DNA from: Trichoplax sp. H2
Lineage: Eukaryota
NCBI GenBank assembly: GCA_003344405.1
Contig: NOWV01000010.1
Location: 682,001-746,000, forward strand
Direction of reading: 5' to 3'
Length of the DNA: 64,000 bases
The notes under the pieces were generated by a model that was given only the letters and a program-made list of their open reading frames with translations, ran no database searches and had not been told where the DNA came from. Below, one piece after another: positions 28,696 through 40,479 of this stretch; position 1 is the first letter of the stretch; every line of letters begins with the position of its first letter. Made by a program: the position numbers and the translations under genes.

Positions 28696-31303
28696 ATTTC
28701 TTTTAAACCACTTTAATAGGGTTAAATTTGCTAAGCTTATTTTATTCGATATTTCTGCAATGTATTGTAATTATTTTTATAAGTCAGATCAATCATATAA
28801 ATATTACCTATATTGGTTATCTATCTATTTCAGTACTGGCAATAAACCATTCTCAAATAGCTCTGGCATGTCTCAGTTATTGCGAACATATTTACTACAT
28901 GCATGTTAGTAGCAACTTTTAGTTTGTGGCAATTGTAAATCTTAAATGCACGTAACAGCATCCAATGCAAATGCAATGATGCTCGCTATGAACAATTTAC
29001 ACAACCTCATTCTACCTTCTTTAAGTGCAAATTTCTACATGAAACATACACATTAGGGTAGTTCGATACAGATTGATTTACTTAATACGATTTACTTTCA
29101 GCACTTGTTTCAAAAATAAAATTTCACTCAACTTTATGCCGTCCGTATGCGTGCGACGGTGCAATTGACNNNNNNNNNNNNNNNNNNNNATTTCTTTTAA
29201 ACCACTTTAATAGGGTTAAATTTACTAAGCTTATTTTATTCGATATTTCTGCAATGTATTGTAATTATTTTTATAAGTCAGATCATCCATATAAATATTA
29301 CCTATATTGGTTATCTATCTATTTCAGTACTGGCAATAAACCATTCTCAAATATTGATTTTGAGTAATCTGCATGTAAAAAAATTGTGAACAATGGCGAT
29401 TTTATGAATCGATTAAATCTGTTTTGTTTGGATTGACAAGATCATACCCGGGAACCTTTAGCTCTGGCATGTCTCAGTTAATGCGAACATATTTACTACA
29501 TGCATGTTAGTAGCAACTTTTAGTTTGTGGCAAATGTAAATCTTAAATGCGCGCAACAGCATCCAATGCAAATGCAATGATGCTCGTTATGAACAATTTA
29601 CACAACCTCATTTACCTTCTTTAAGTGTAAATTTCTACATGAAACATACACATTAGGGTAGTTCGATACAGATTGATTTACTTAATACGATTTACTTTCA
29701 GCACTTGTTTCAAAAATAAAATTTCACTCAACTTCATGCCGTCCGTATGCGTGCGACGGTGCAATTGACTAAAACTCATTTCGGTTAAATACAATACTGT
29801 ACAGTACTGTACGGTGATAGCGTGGTACTATACGGTTGACTGACCGGCTGACACGCATAGCACGTGCGCGTGCTGACGTGGATACGTTCGCGTCACTTAC
29901 GTCTTTGTCTTAGTGGGTTGAAGTTTCAAGTAAGTTTCAGCCTCCAAAAAACGCACATACTGTACGTAACACAGTACAGCACATGATACAAGTACTGTAC
30001 TCTGTCTACTCTATATTGCTGAGAGTACACCCAATAATTCGAAGGTCATATCCGCAATGTGCGTCATACCTGCCTGTGTGACCTATATACGTACGTGCGA
30101 ATGAATGAAAATTTGCAAAAATCCTCTTTGAATCTTCTAAGAAAAAATTTTCAAAGGAAACTTCTTGCCAGATTCAAGGTTAGTAATTACTACTAGTTTT
30201 TTAAGAGAAATTGTCTAGTACTGTGCGCTCATTGCAAAACGAAATTATATTAAAACATATCTTGGAAACTTTTTAAATAACCATACCACAGCCTCAAATT
30301 GTATCTGTTTCTGTAGCCTCCGGAAAATGGCAGTTAATTTAGCCAGCAACGGCAAATGCGTATCGTTTAAGCAGGTAAGTTGCAAAATGTTACTACTGTT
30401 TGTAATACTCTTATTTTTGGCTATCAACTCACCGCTTTGAATACCAATTCTTTTTAAANNNNNNNNNNNNNNNNNNNNAAATTTCTACATGAAACATACA
30501 CATTAGGGTAGTTCGATACAGATTGATTTACTTAATACGATTTACTTTCAGCACTTGTTTCAAAAATAAAATTTCACTCAACTTTATGCCGTCCGTATGC
30601 GTGCGACGGTGCAATTGACTAAAACTCATTTCGGTTAAATACAATACTGTACTGTACGGTGATAGCGTGGTACTATGCGGTTGACTGACCGGCTGACACG
30701 CATAGCACGTGCGCGTGCTGACGTGATACGTTCGCGTCACTTACGTCTTTGTCTTAGTGGGTTGAAGTTTCAAATAAGTTTCAGCCTCCAAAAAACGCAC
30801 ATACTGTACGTAACACAGTACAGCACATGATACAAGTACTCTGTCTACTTTATATTGCTGAGAGTACACCCAATAATTCGAAGGTCATATCCGCAATGTG
30901 CGTCATACCTGTGTGACCTATATACGTACGTGCGTGCGAATGAATGAAAATTTGCAAAAATCCTCTTTGAATCTTCTAAGAAAAAATTTTCAAAGGAAAC
31001 TTCTTGCTAGATTCAAGGTTAGTAATTACTACTAGTTTTTTTTAAGAGAAATTGTCTAGTGCTGTATGTGCGCTCATTGCAAAACGAAATTATATTAAAA
31101 CATATCTTGGAAACTTTTTAAATAACCATACCGCAGCCTCAAATTGTATCTGTTTCTGTAGCTTCCGGAAAATGGCAGTTAATTTAGCCAGCAACGGCAA
31201 ATGCGTATCGTTTAAGCAGGTAAGTTGCAAAATGTTACTACTGTTTGTAATACTCTTATTTTTGGCTATCAACTCACCGCTTTGAATACCAATTCTTTTT
31301 AAA
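28696..31303. other. Two assembly gaps (N 29170-29189 and 30459-30478) enclosing an alternative-haplotype contig (29190-30458) that duplicates its flanks
   Basis: 28696-29169 matches 29190-29769, and 29630-30458 matches 30479-31303. In the thrice-present segment, copies 1 and 3 read ACTTTATGCC while copy 2 reads ACTTCATGCC (A-B-A pattern). Confidence 0.85.
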
Positions 31304-34300
31304 ACTTATTATGAATTTATTTAGCTTCTGCTTCAATTATCCCAATCTGTCGATGGCCACAAACATTTTCTTGCTTTAGCGAAATTGGCCAATAGAAACG
31401 GATTAAGTGATAATTTGTGGGAGGATTTGAATCAAGAAAATCGTTTTCACTGGATGTATACGTCCTGGAAAAAATCACTATGCTTTGTAAGAATTTAACC
31501 AAGACTACAGCCACAGGCTTTAACTAGTGTAAATAATGAACAATTATGTTCTGCCGAAACTTATAATGAATACGCGTATAGCTATTTATACAGTATTATG
31601 TCGGTATTTATGTACTGTGACGGCTCATGAAATTTGTGGCAAGTAAATTTATGTCCCATTCTCAGCTACATAAATATGCGGCATTACTGTAAATATATCT
31701 GTGCTGTAAGGTGGTCTTAGAAGTGCAACTTTTAATATACTAATTTATATTCGGAATCACAGTTTATAGAAAAAAACCTGGAAGATAGTGTCCGTCTGTG
31801 TATGATATTTATGAAGAAAGTTGTCAATATTCTATGCAGAAATGAAGACGCTATCAACAAATTATTTGAATGGGAAATTATAGTTGTTATACCAATCTTT
31901 ATACGCATTAAAGCTAATGATTCAATTTTTGAAATCCATACGCTAACCTTAATATACGCATACGTATTTAGTAGAGTAAACAGAGTATCTATGGATAATT
32001 TTGATACTTAGCCAATTCTGTTTTAAAATTGATTACCTCCCCGTTGAAAGCAATGATAAATTATTGCTTTAGTCGTAACATATACATTCTTAGAACGGTA
32101 ATAGTTGAGAAAAATTCCCTTTCATAAAATTTTGCACATAAAATATAGTAAATGGAACTAATAATATGATAAACTGAACTAATATAACAATTACTGTTAG
32201 TACTGTACTATAGCTTTTGAATGTTTGGCAGAAGTAATAGCGTATGAAAGCTAAATATTGGTTAACATTCCGCTGCGCACCATACTGTACCGTAATAATA
32301 TGCTTACCGCCAATAGCTAATACCTTCGCCTTGCGATATTTCATCGATTCACATGACATGTAAAACTTTAAGATTTATATGACAATTGTGCATGGAATTC
32401 TCTTGCTTTCCATATCTTACATTAGTAAAGTAATTAGGACTGTACCGCAGCTACCAAACAGTCAAACAGGAAATTCGGAGGAAATATTACGTGAAACGCT
32501 GACTATTGTTGCGGTAAGTTTAGATATGTCTTACTTTCTATAGTTGCCCAACTTATTTCAGTAATTCTAGTGGCTAACATTAGATACAATATTAAAGCAA
32601 TAAATTAAGTAATACTATCTTTTCTACCTGTTGCATCCAGTATTCAACAATGAATCATTCTGAACGTAAGTATTATCTTGGTCAACAGTGTTAATACGCT
32701 TAGCAATATGGAAATACCCAACATTTATTTAACTTCTACTAATGATATCATTTCAATGGTGTAATTTGAAATTATTAATTGCATTATTGCCGTCTGCCTT
32801 GCAATATAATATACTTTCAGATAGAAAATCTGTTATTGTTTTAATACCCGATATTATTAAGGCCCTCTTTGCTGTCAACCTGAGTTTTAATTGTAAAGAT
32901 CAGGTACTTTTTTAATCTTATACTGTATATCTTTATAGCTACTACTTGTATTTATTCAGACAGTATTCTTTATCAAATTACATGTACTAATTAATATACC
33001 TAAATATACCCATGTAAAGGATTATATTATTGGATGTATAGTAACATACTATATATACTATTTTGTTAAGGGTATGACACTTATTAGCATACTGCTGAAC
33101 GACGTTCCCAGCTCAAGACTAAGCCATTTATGGAAACTAGTCAAATGTCACTTTACTAATTTGATATCATTTTTGAGCATGGCTGGTGATTATGAACTGC
33201 AAAGAGCAACCATAGACACATTATTTCACTTGACAAGAGTCCATGAACGCAAAGTCTTTGCAAAAAAAGTTTTCAAAAACTCTCCACAATTACTAACAAA
33301 TTTTCTAGCAATGGACGAAAACCGTTTTGAAGCTGTAATGACTGTATACATAGAAGTATTTATAATCAATAATCAATAATTCATAAAAGTATTTCTTGTT
33401 GTACTAGACATGTAGAAGTTTTCTGAACACTTTTAATTCTCAGGGTGATATCTGCAAAAGGTTTGTCATATCTGTGTTTTATTTTGATTACTCATAATCC
33501 AATCTCAAAAGCATATCAAAAATTGTATTTCTTTTATGCATATGGTATGCCCCAGAGTTATATCGATTCCCTGTGAAAAAATAATGATTGGAAAGAAAGA
33601 GTTTAAGCCTATAGGTATGGAAGAAGATAACTCATGGGTTGACTTCAATAGTGGTAGCAGATCCATAAAGTTTTATCTTGATGCTTGTCAATTCGAGGTA
33701 GAAGTATTCAAATTAGTACTACTTTTAATTTCGATGGTATAGTGATTATTTCTCAAAACAATTTTGGTATAGGAAACCGAAAGTGAGTGGGATGTCATTA
33801 TTATTAAGGATCAAATTGTAAAAACCCATGTTATTAAAGAGGGTTAGTAATATGCTAAATAAAACTAATTGTTTTTATCTATCTTGATGTTTTATTAGCA
33901 AGGTGTTAAATACCACTTTAATAATGCTACAAATTTTATCTTAATATACTGTAGATATGGCTAATATTAAGGTTTTGGTTTTACATCTTCGCGTACCAAT
34001 CAGTTCCCTATTACCACGATTTCCAAAGTCGACTAATAAAATTCTTGAAATTATATTTCAAGAAAAATATATCTGATTTTAACACTGCTCTATGCAGACT
34101 ATAGTGTTACAGTTACGCATTGAATTAACCTTTCTCAAACCTTTATTGCTCAAGACTTCGTTAATTGAAACTATTAAGTCATCTTCTGATATATTTATAT
34201 ATATACTTGTCGTTGTTACCTTAACATAACCGACATAATATTGCAAGTGCTTGTACACATGTATTCCTTACATCGAGATGTTCATCCTTACGACAGAAAG

Positions 34301-37300
34301 ACGTACGACATATTGTAGAAATCGTTCTCTCTAATATAAAATATTGTTTAGCAACGCTCCGTTTCCTAAATATATATACTACTCTTAATCACTTTAGGTA
34401 TTGCAAAATTATCGCCCAAAGACATCAATAACGGAACGATCGTTACGATTGTCTAGTGTGAAAAGCGATCAGAAAATGGTACAACTATTAACACACTATC
34501 TAATAATTATTCTTTGATTATTCCTTGAATTAATTTCCAATGTCTACCTCACAGACAAATGAAAAACATAATATCAGTCGTAACGATCATAGAGTAGAAT
34601 CTTTAGACAGCTCTTTAGATAATAAAGACTTCACTACATCAACAAGAAATTTCGAAATGAGCCTTGGAAAGTTAACAGATGAATGCGATTACGTTGTTCC
34701 TAAAGGTAAATGTTTCTATTCGGATGCATTTATTAGATACACACTGATACATTGCTAAATATTACTACGTGGATTACAAATCATCAGAGACATATATCCT
34801 AATACAAGTACAGCAGAACATCTATAAGGGATCAGATGTTATTACATATTAATATTCTGCATATACGGTATAATTTATTATTCAATGTAAGATAATATTC
34901 TTTGGCATAAATTTTTCTTTAATTACAGAGACGTCATTGAAACCCGAATTAAACGAAAATAGGCTGGTAAATGTTGCATTTTCGGTTTAATTGGTTCTTG
35001 TCCGTTATACGCATTGTGTTTATTATATGATGATATGTCGATTGATTCTGCTATCTATGACTTAACAAACAGAACGACAAACAGGACTTACAGTTACCAC
35101 TATCAATGTTACATGAAACTGATAAAAATATCGAGGAAATAGAACTTGATAATTGTCTCAATTCCGCTTTGTCCCTAAGTAGTAATAATACTAAGGACAG
35201 CAATATCATATTCACCGAGAGCTCAAATGAGACTTTGAGAAGCGAAAATCCTATTTCTAATAAGTCTTGGGAAAGTAGTAAAGTCTTTCAAGAAAATAGT
35301 GATGTAGTGCTGTCATCGCCACGTCTATTTTCAAACGATAATCAAATGTTAAGCAAAAATAATGGAAGAAACCGTGACGATAGTGATTCCGGACTTGGAT
35401 TTTCACCAAAAAGAGTAAATATGGAATTGATGAGATCTTTTGAATCAGATCCTAAGGAAATTACACATACAATTGCAGAAGACTCAAGGAATTTTAGCAG
35501 CTCCAACACATCTGAGGAAATACAATCTTCTCAATTTAAGGATAGAAAATTAGATACATTCGAATGTAAAATCCAACAACATCCAACTACTTACAGCAAC
35601 CTTGAAAGTTTAATGTTATCATTTAGAGAAAAATGCAAGGTTCAACAATAGAAAAGTATATTTTTTATTCTGAGGATTGTTATTGACTGTTTTTATTGTA
35701 ATTATCAAAGGGTATAATAAATGACTCTACAGATATTGATGAAAAGGATGCACAACATTCGACAGAATTTCAAGACGCAAATAATAATGGCATCCAAGCT
35801 GATCATGTAAGCCATTTGTTGCAAAGTTGCTTTATTTAATACGAACTGATTAGAGTCAAAAACCCATAAGTAATTTTAGTGAAATGATGTAAATTTGCAA
35901 TGACCATAGTGGGATATAAGGAACGATACGCAAAAAAGACAGAAAAATGAGACACGCAAATGTAATAGAAAAGTGATGACGCCTACTTGGGATAGTATGG
36001 ATGTACCACAACAATCGGTGAGTAATAAGGCATTCAACAATTGGACAAGATTTTAGTTATAAAAACTTCTTTTGAAGTTATATACGAGCGCGTGTCTCGT
36101 GCCCGAAGTGTTGTAATTTCTACACTTGCAGAGTATTGGATTACATCGACAAAAATGCATCTTTTATTCTACTTCAAATGATATTCAAGATGTGTTTATT
36201 ATATGATAGTAATATCTATGCTAATTTTTGTTTGCTGGCTTACGATTTAACTGGCCTAAATTTACAGTAAAGTAGGATAAAAAATGATTGCTATTTTCTT
36301 TAGGCTAAGGTCGATGTATCTAAAGAAACCAATAAACATAAGAAGAGAAAAACCGGTACGAGCTGAAGCTAATAATGCATCTATTGTTATGCGTGTATTA
36401 TGCACTATTGTAAAATTCTTAATTCTTAACTAGATCTTACTACTATTAGATGTTATTGGATTAGTAAATTGCTTCAAATCTCTGAATCTTTGAAAGTCTT
36501 TACTAATCAAAAATTTGCTTAAAGATGCGAGATCCGAGAAGAGGAATGATTCCATGAGTAATTGCTCAATTACGCGAAAAAAGTTAGTAATAACTTTCTA
36601 CTCTTAAAAGACATAGAGATGATTGCAATTTTTTTCACAGTGCCAAAAATTTTTTGAAGGAATGATGTCGGCGAATTCGCTAATAAATATCGAAAGGACA
36701 CGAAGCCAAAGATAGTAAGAAAACATTTAGGTTGCAACTGTATGTTCAGTTTAAATCTAATTGCAGCCTTTCACATGATTTATCAATGGAATATTGCTGG
36801 ATTCTTGGGTGAAAAATAGAAGCAACAACTAGTAGAAACCGTAACGTATCAAGCAACAGAACACCTTTTGGAAATATTCGATAGCCAAAAAGCTGAAAGG
36901 TACTAAAACTTTGCTTGCTACAAGATCGATCTAAATGTAATCATGGCGTCCTTTTGATATAAAAAAGACGGCATTTAATAGACAATTGTAGCCAAAAGCT
37001 TGCAAGTTTAACTACCGATACCAAGGATACCAGTGTAATTGAGGCTGAACGTGATTTTTTGGTCAGTATTTTAGTGTACCTGATATCTACAAAACGTATG
37101 CATATTTTAAAAATAGTTTAAGACCTTATGATTTATATAGCAGCTATTGTCTGTGTATTGTCTATTTCACGTATTATAATTATTACTGTAGATGTAAAAA
37201 TTTTAGAAATTAAGGAAATATTTGAGTTTACGCATTGACAGAATTTATAATAAAATAGATACCTTGATTTACTAGAAACTTACTTGCACTAACTAGCAAA

Positions 37301-37940
37301 TTAGGGTTGGAATAAACAGAATAAATCATGTCCTTGGAAGACTAAGGTATTGATAAGTTACATATTGCTTTTACAGGCTTCTTTCAAACATTTTGTGACC
37401 ACTTCCCGATTATCTCGGGAACATAATCAAGAAAAGTACGTATACATGCATATCGCAGGATGTTCGTTTATAAACAGTGAACTTTAACTGCGACCGTGAA
37501 CGATTTTTTTAAATCTCAGAATGGGTGACATAGTAGAGACATTTGACGAGTTTGATGAGCATTTCCATAAATTGGAAATCAAGCACCAACAGGATCAAGT
37601 AGGAGTTGATACCTTAGTTTGTTCAAATCCACCTTTTTCTGTCTTTGATATTACATTTCTTAACACACTTATACGCGCTAGTCATAACAAGAGATTTTAT
37701 ACTCGTAGGAGCTCATAGGTAACTCAATACGAGATCAATTGAAGAAGCTACATATGATAGCTCTTAAAGAAACGGTATGGAATACTAGCGAATTTATTAA
37801 TATTTAATTAATTTATTGAAGTATGTTTCCGGAAGCATATTGTAACACTCATGACTATTAAACTACAGCAACAGGACGAAATGCTTCTGGTTCGAAAGTC
37901 ACTGTTATCGGCGATTGGATTAGGAGATAGTTCTAGTTAA
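31172..37940 (+). CDS. SYCP2: Synaptonemal complex protein 2-like (ARM-like and PH-like N-terminus, low-complexity middle, C-terminal coiled coil)
   Basis: MAGDYELQRATIDTLFHL..FLAMDENRFEATCRSFLN..RVISIPC..WVDFNSGSRSIKFYL parallels SYCP2 GDYDLQV..FETDCRIFLN..RVFTFPC..WIDFNLGSQTLSFYI. The C-terminus QQDEMLLVRKSLLSAIG resembles the SYCP2 ELLNVRRELMS end. Two junctions appear non-canonical (see findings). Confidence 0.85.
34069..34234 (+). other. Candidate AT-AC (U12-type) intron in SYCP2
   Basis: 5' end ATATCTGA, branch-like TTACCTTAAC at 34216-34225, 3' end AC at 34233-34234. Removing it restores the frame (FQEKY-NIASACTHVF) and avoids a TGA stop. Confidence 0.65.
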
Positions 37941-38272
37941 TCTATAGTTATCAGCCACAACTTTAGATTCACACTGTCAAGTCAAAGTCTTTAATTGACA
38001 TTTAAATTTTACGTCGTTTATAATTCATGTTAAGACTAATCAGCTGTGCTGTCTTTGCAACAAAAAGGTCTATCTTACTTTCAAGATCCTGATATCATTG
38101 ATCAAGTTATTAAAGTGCATTTATATGAAGTTTCATCTACACACATAATGATGATATATCTAATATGATACAGTTTTGAGAAGAATAATCCGTATAATAT
38201 TTTCGTTAAATCTTTATGTAGTACCAATTGCTGATAGTTTTTGTAACAAGTTTAAAGCATACGAAGTAAAAT

Positions 38273-40273
38273 TCAGCTTGGTTTTGGACATCCTGCAACT
38301 ATTCTCTGTTTGTATTGTATTCCTAATAGTAGAGGAATAAAAATTAAAAATTATTTTAGCTCGAACATGCAAATAAACCTTTAATGTAGGACGAATTATT
38401 TTTATAAAATTAGATAAAATTAGAACAGTTGTTACCGTACCTAAGCCCTTCACAAATCCAACTAAATTTTTGTAGTTCTGACCGTGATCACAGTACGCAC
38501 CAGCAATTTGTGAGATAGAAAATCCCTATTCACAGATGTATTCAAGATTAACAAGACGTAACCCGAAATTATTTAAGCTAGTCTTACTTTAGCAACACTT
38601 GTTGAGTTATCCATTTTATAGATCGCAATGTTGAGGGTGTCATTGTACTTGTGGACTTTCGTGCGATGTATTGCCTATATTGTCATAGGATAAATTTCCA
38701 TATAACATTGAAACATGCGATTTAAGTATTTGTTTATAATAAAGCATACAGTGTTGGTCAATGACGTTATAGTTTACGGTATTAAGGAACTATGAAGATC
38801 CTGATAGATTAACTATGATATCACAGAGCTATGAAATTGGTATTACCATGAGTGGCGCAAATAGAGTACAGGTATTAATCATACAATTGGTTTCCTACCT
38901 GTAGCAAATACTGGACATTTTCAGGATTCTTAAACGTTGTTAAATTGGATCCTTTAACGAATTTATAACGATGATCTGCTCCACCTGAAAATCAACATCA
39001 AAACTTCAGATAATTAAGCTATCAAGTGTCCACTATATTGTATGTATGCGTATGTTAATAAATCATAAGTTTCCTCACTGTAGTGGATACAAAATTTTAT
39101 ACGTTTTTAGCAATATATAGCTTTTAGAGATTACCTTTCATGAAATTTGTAACCATTAGTTGATAAATTTTATCTGCTGCGCTTTTACCAGGTGCTAGTG
39201 AGATAAGAAAGATAACAGACAATTTACGTAAGCATGCAATGCAATACTCTCATTTTGTAAATTGGAAATATTTAAAATTAATTATTTTCACTAGCAGCAC
39301 AAATCCATCGTGTTGTAGACAACTGTCCTGATTCAGTGCATCTTTTTGACAATTTATCTTATTTTATTTAAGATATTTGTATCATTGCCACTAGTACACA
39401 CGGATCATTCCTCTTTTGACTCTTTCATCAAAGAGGTCCATATATAATTATACATATTTATCTCCCATGCAAGTTTTCTGATGATTCACTATAGATTATC
39501 GCGTTGAAAAATAGTTATATAATAATTATAACTCAATAAACTAGGAATAATCATCTCTTCTCACAATAAATTTAGTCTAAAAATTCATACACGTAGATAC
39601 ATAAATGTATTACAAGGACAGATTATTTATTATTTATGAATAAGCCATGTATAAACTTACTGAATGACCACATTAGAGTGCAGCATGCGTTACCTGTAAC
39701 GAAAAATTCAGATACGTTAGACGTTTTTCTTCATTTATGATGCAAAATTTTACGCTAAGTATATCATATCATATGGTATACTGTACAGTATGTATGTATG
39801 TACTATATTTACAGAGTGATGTCATGAACCACTAAAAGTAAAAGTGTTAGTGATTGATGGTAAAGTTGTAGATTGTATTTACAGTATTTACTGTAAGTAC
39901 GTGTATACTATTTTAAGTCCAGTATATCCTGCTATTCGCATAGTTCGTTTGCGTTTTTGAATGATTGATCAACAATGCTGTAACTTGCAAAAGTTATGAA
40001 AGCAAATGAGGCACTACGTACAGTACTTATGCGTTTATATAATTATAAATAATCAAGCTACGACAGACTCAAGTTCGTATTATGCGATTAGAAAAACAAT
40101 TAATTTAGGACAAGCTAATTTGGCGCTTGAATTATGCTCAAGTAAAGTACTGTACAGCCTGTACTGTACTTACCACAGGTTCCACAGTCTACATTTTTGC
40201 AATCTGGTGGCTGACAACCAATTACAATCGCAATCAAGATAGATAAAAGAGCAAAATATCGAATTAGAGCCAT
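38273..40273 (-). CDS. Uncharacterised secreted Cys-rich protein (about 170 aa, 7 exons), possibly DUF1499-like fold
   Basis: Signal-peptide-like MALIRYFALLSILIAIVIG, then CQPPDCKNVDCGTCGNACCTLMWSF...AIHRTKVHKYNDTLNIAI...KGFSISQIAGAYCDHGQNYKNLVGFVKGLGIQYKQRIVAGCPKPS*. Six GT-AG introns with compatible phases. Confidence 0.75.
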
Positions 40274-40479
40274 TTTGTATAATTTTGAGAGTTGGGAACG
40301 GCTACTTCTCTAATTTTTGTGTTCTAATCGCCTTATAACGTTGAGTGTGATCAATCGTATCTGATGAGTCAACCACTTCTTAAACTACAGTACTTTACTC
40401 AAGTATCCCTTCATCAAATTCTTCTTTAGAACTCTGCTAAATATGCACTATTTACTTCATGTGCAGTGTCCTGCATTCA

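Noticed and set aside
30327-30374. Second SYCP2 first exon as a real alternative promoter or gene duplication
   Set aside because: It lies in the gap-bounded alternative-haplotype contig; the A-B-A SNP pattern indicates an assembly artefact.
34069-34076. In-frame TGA suggesting SYCP2 is a pseudogene
   Set aside because: It is explained by the AT-AC intron candidate, and the exons that follow continue in frame.
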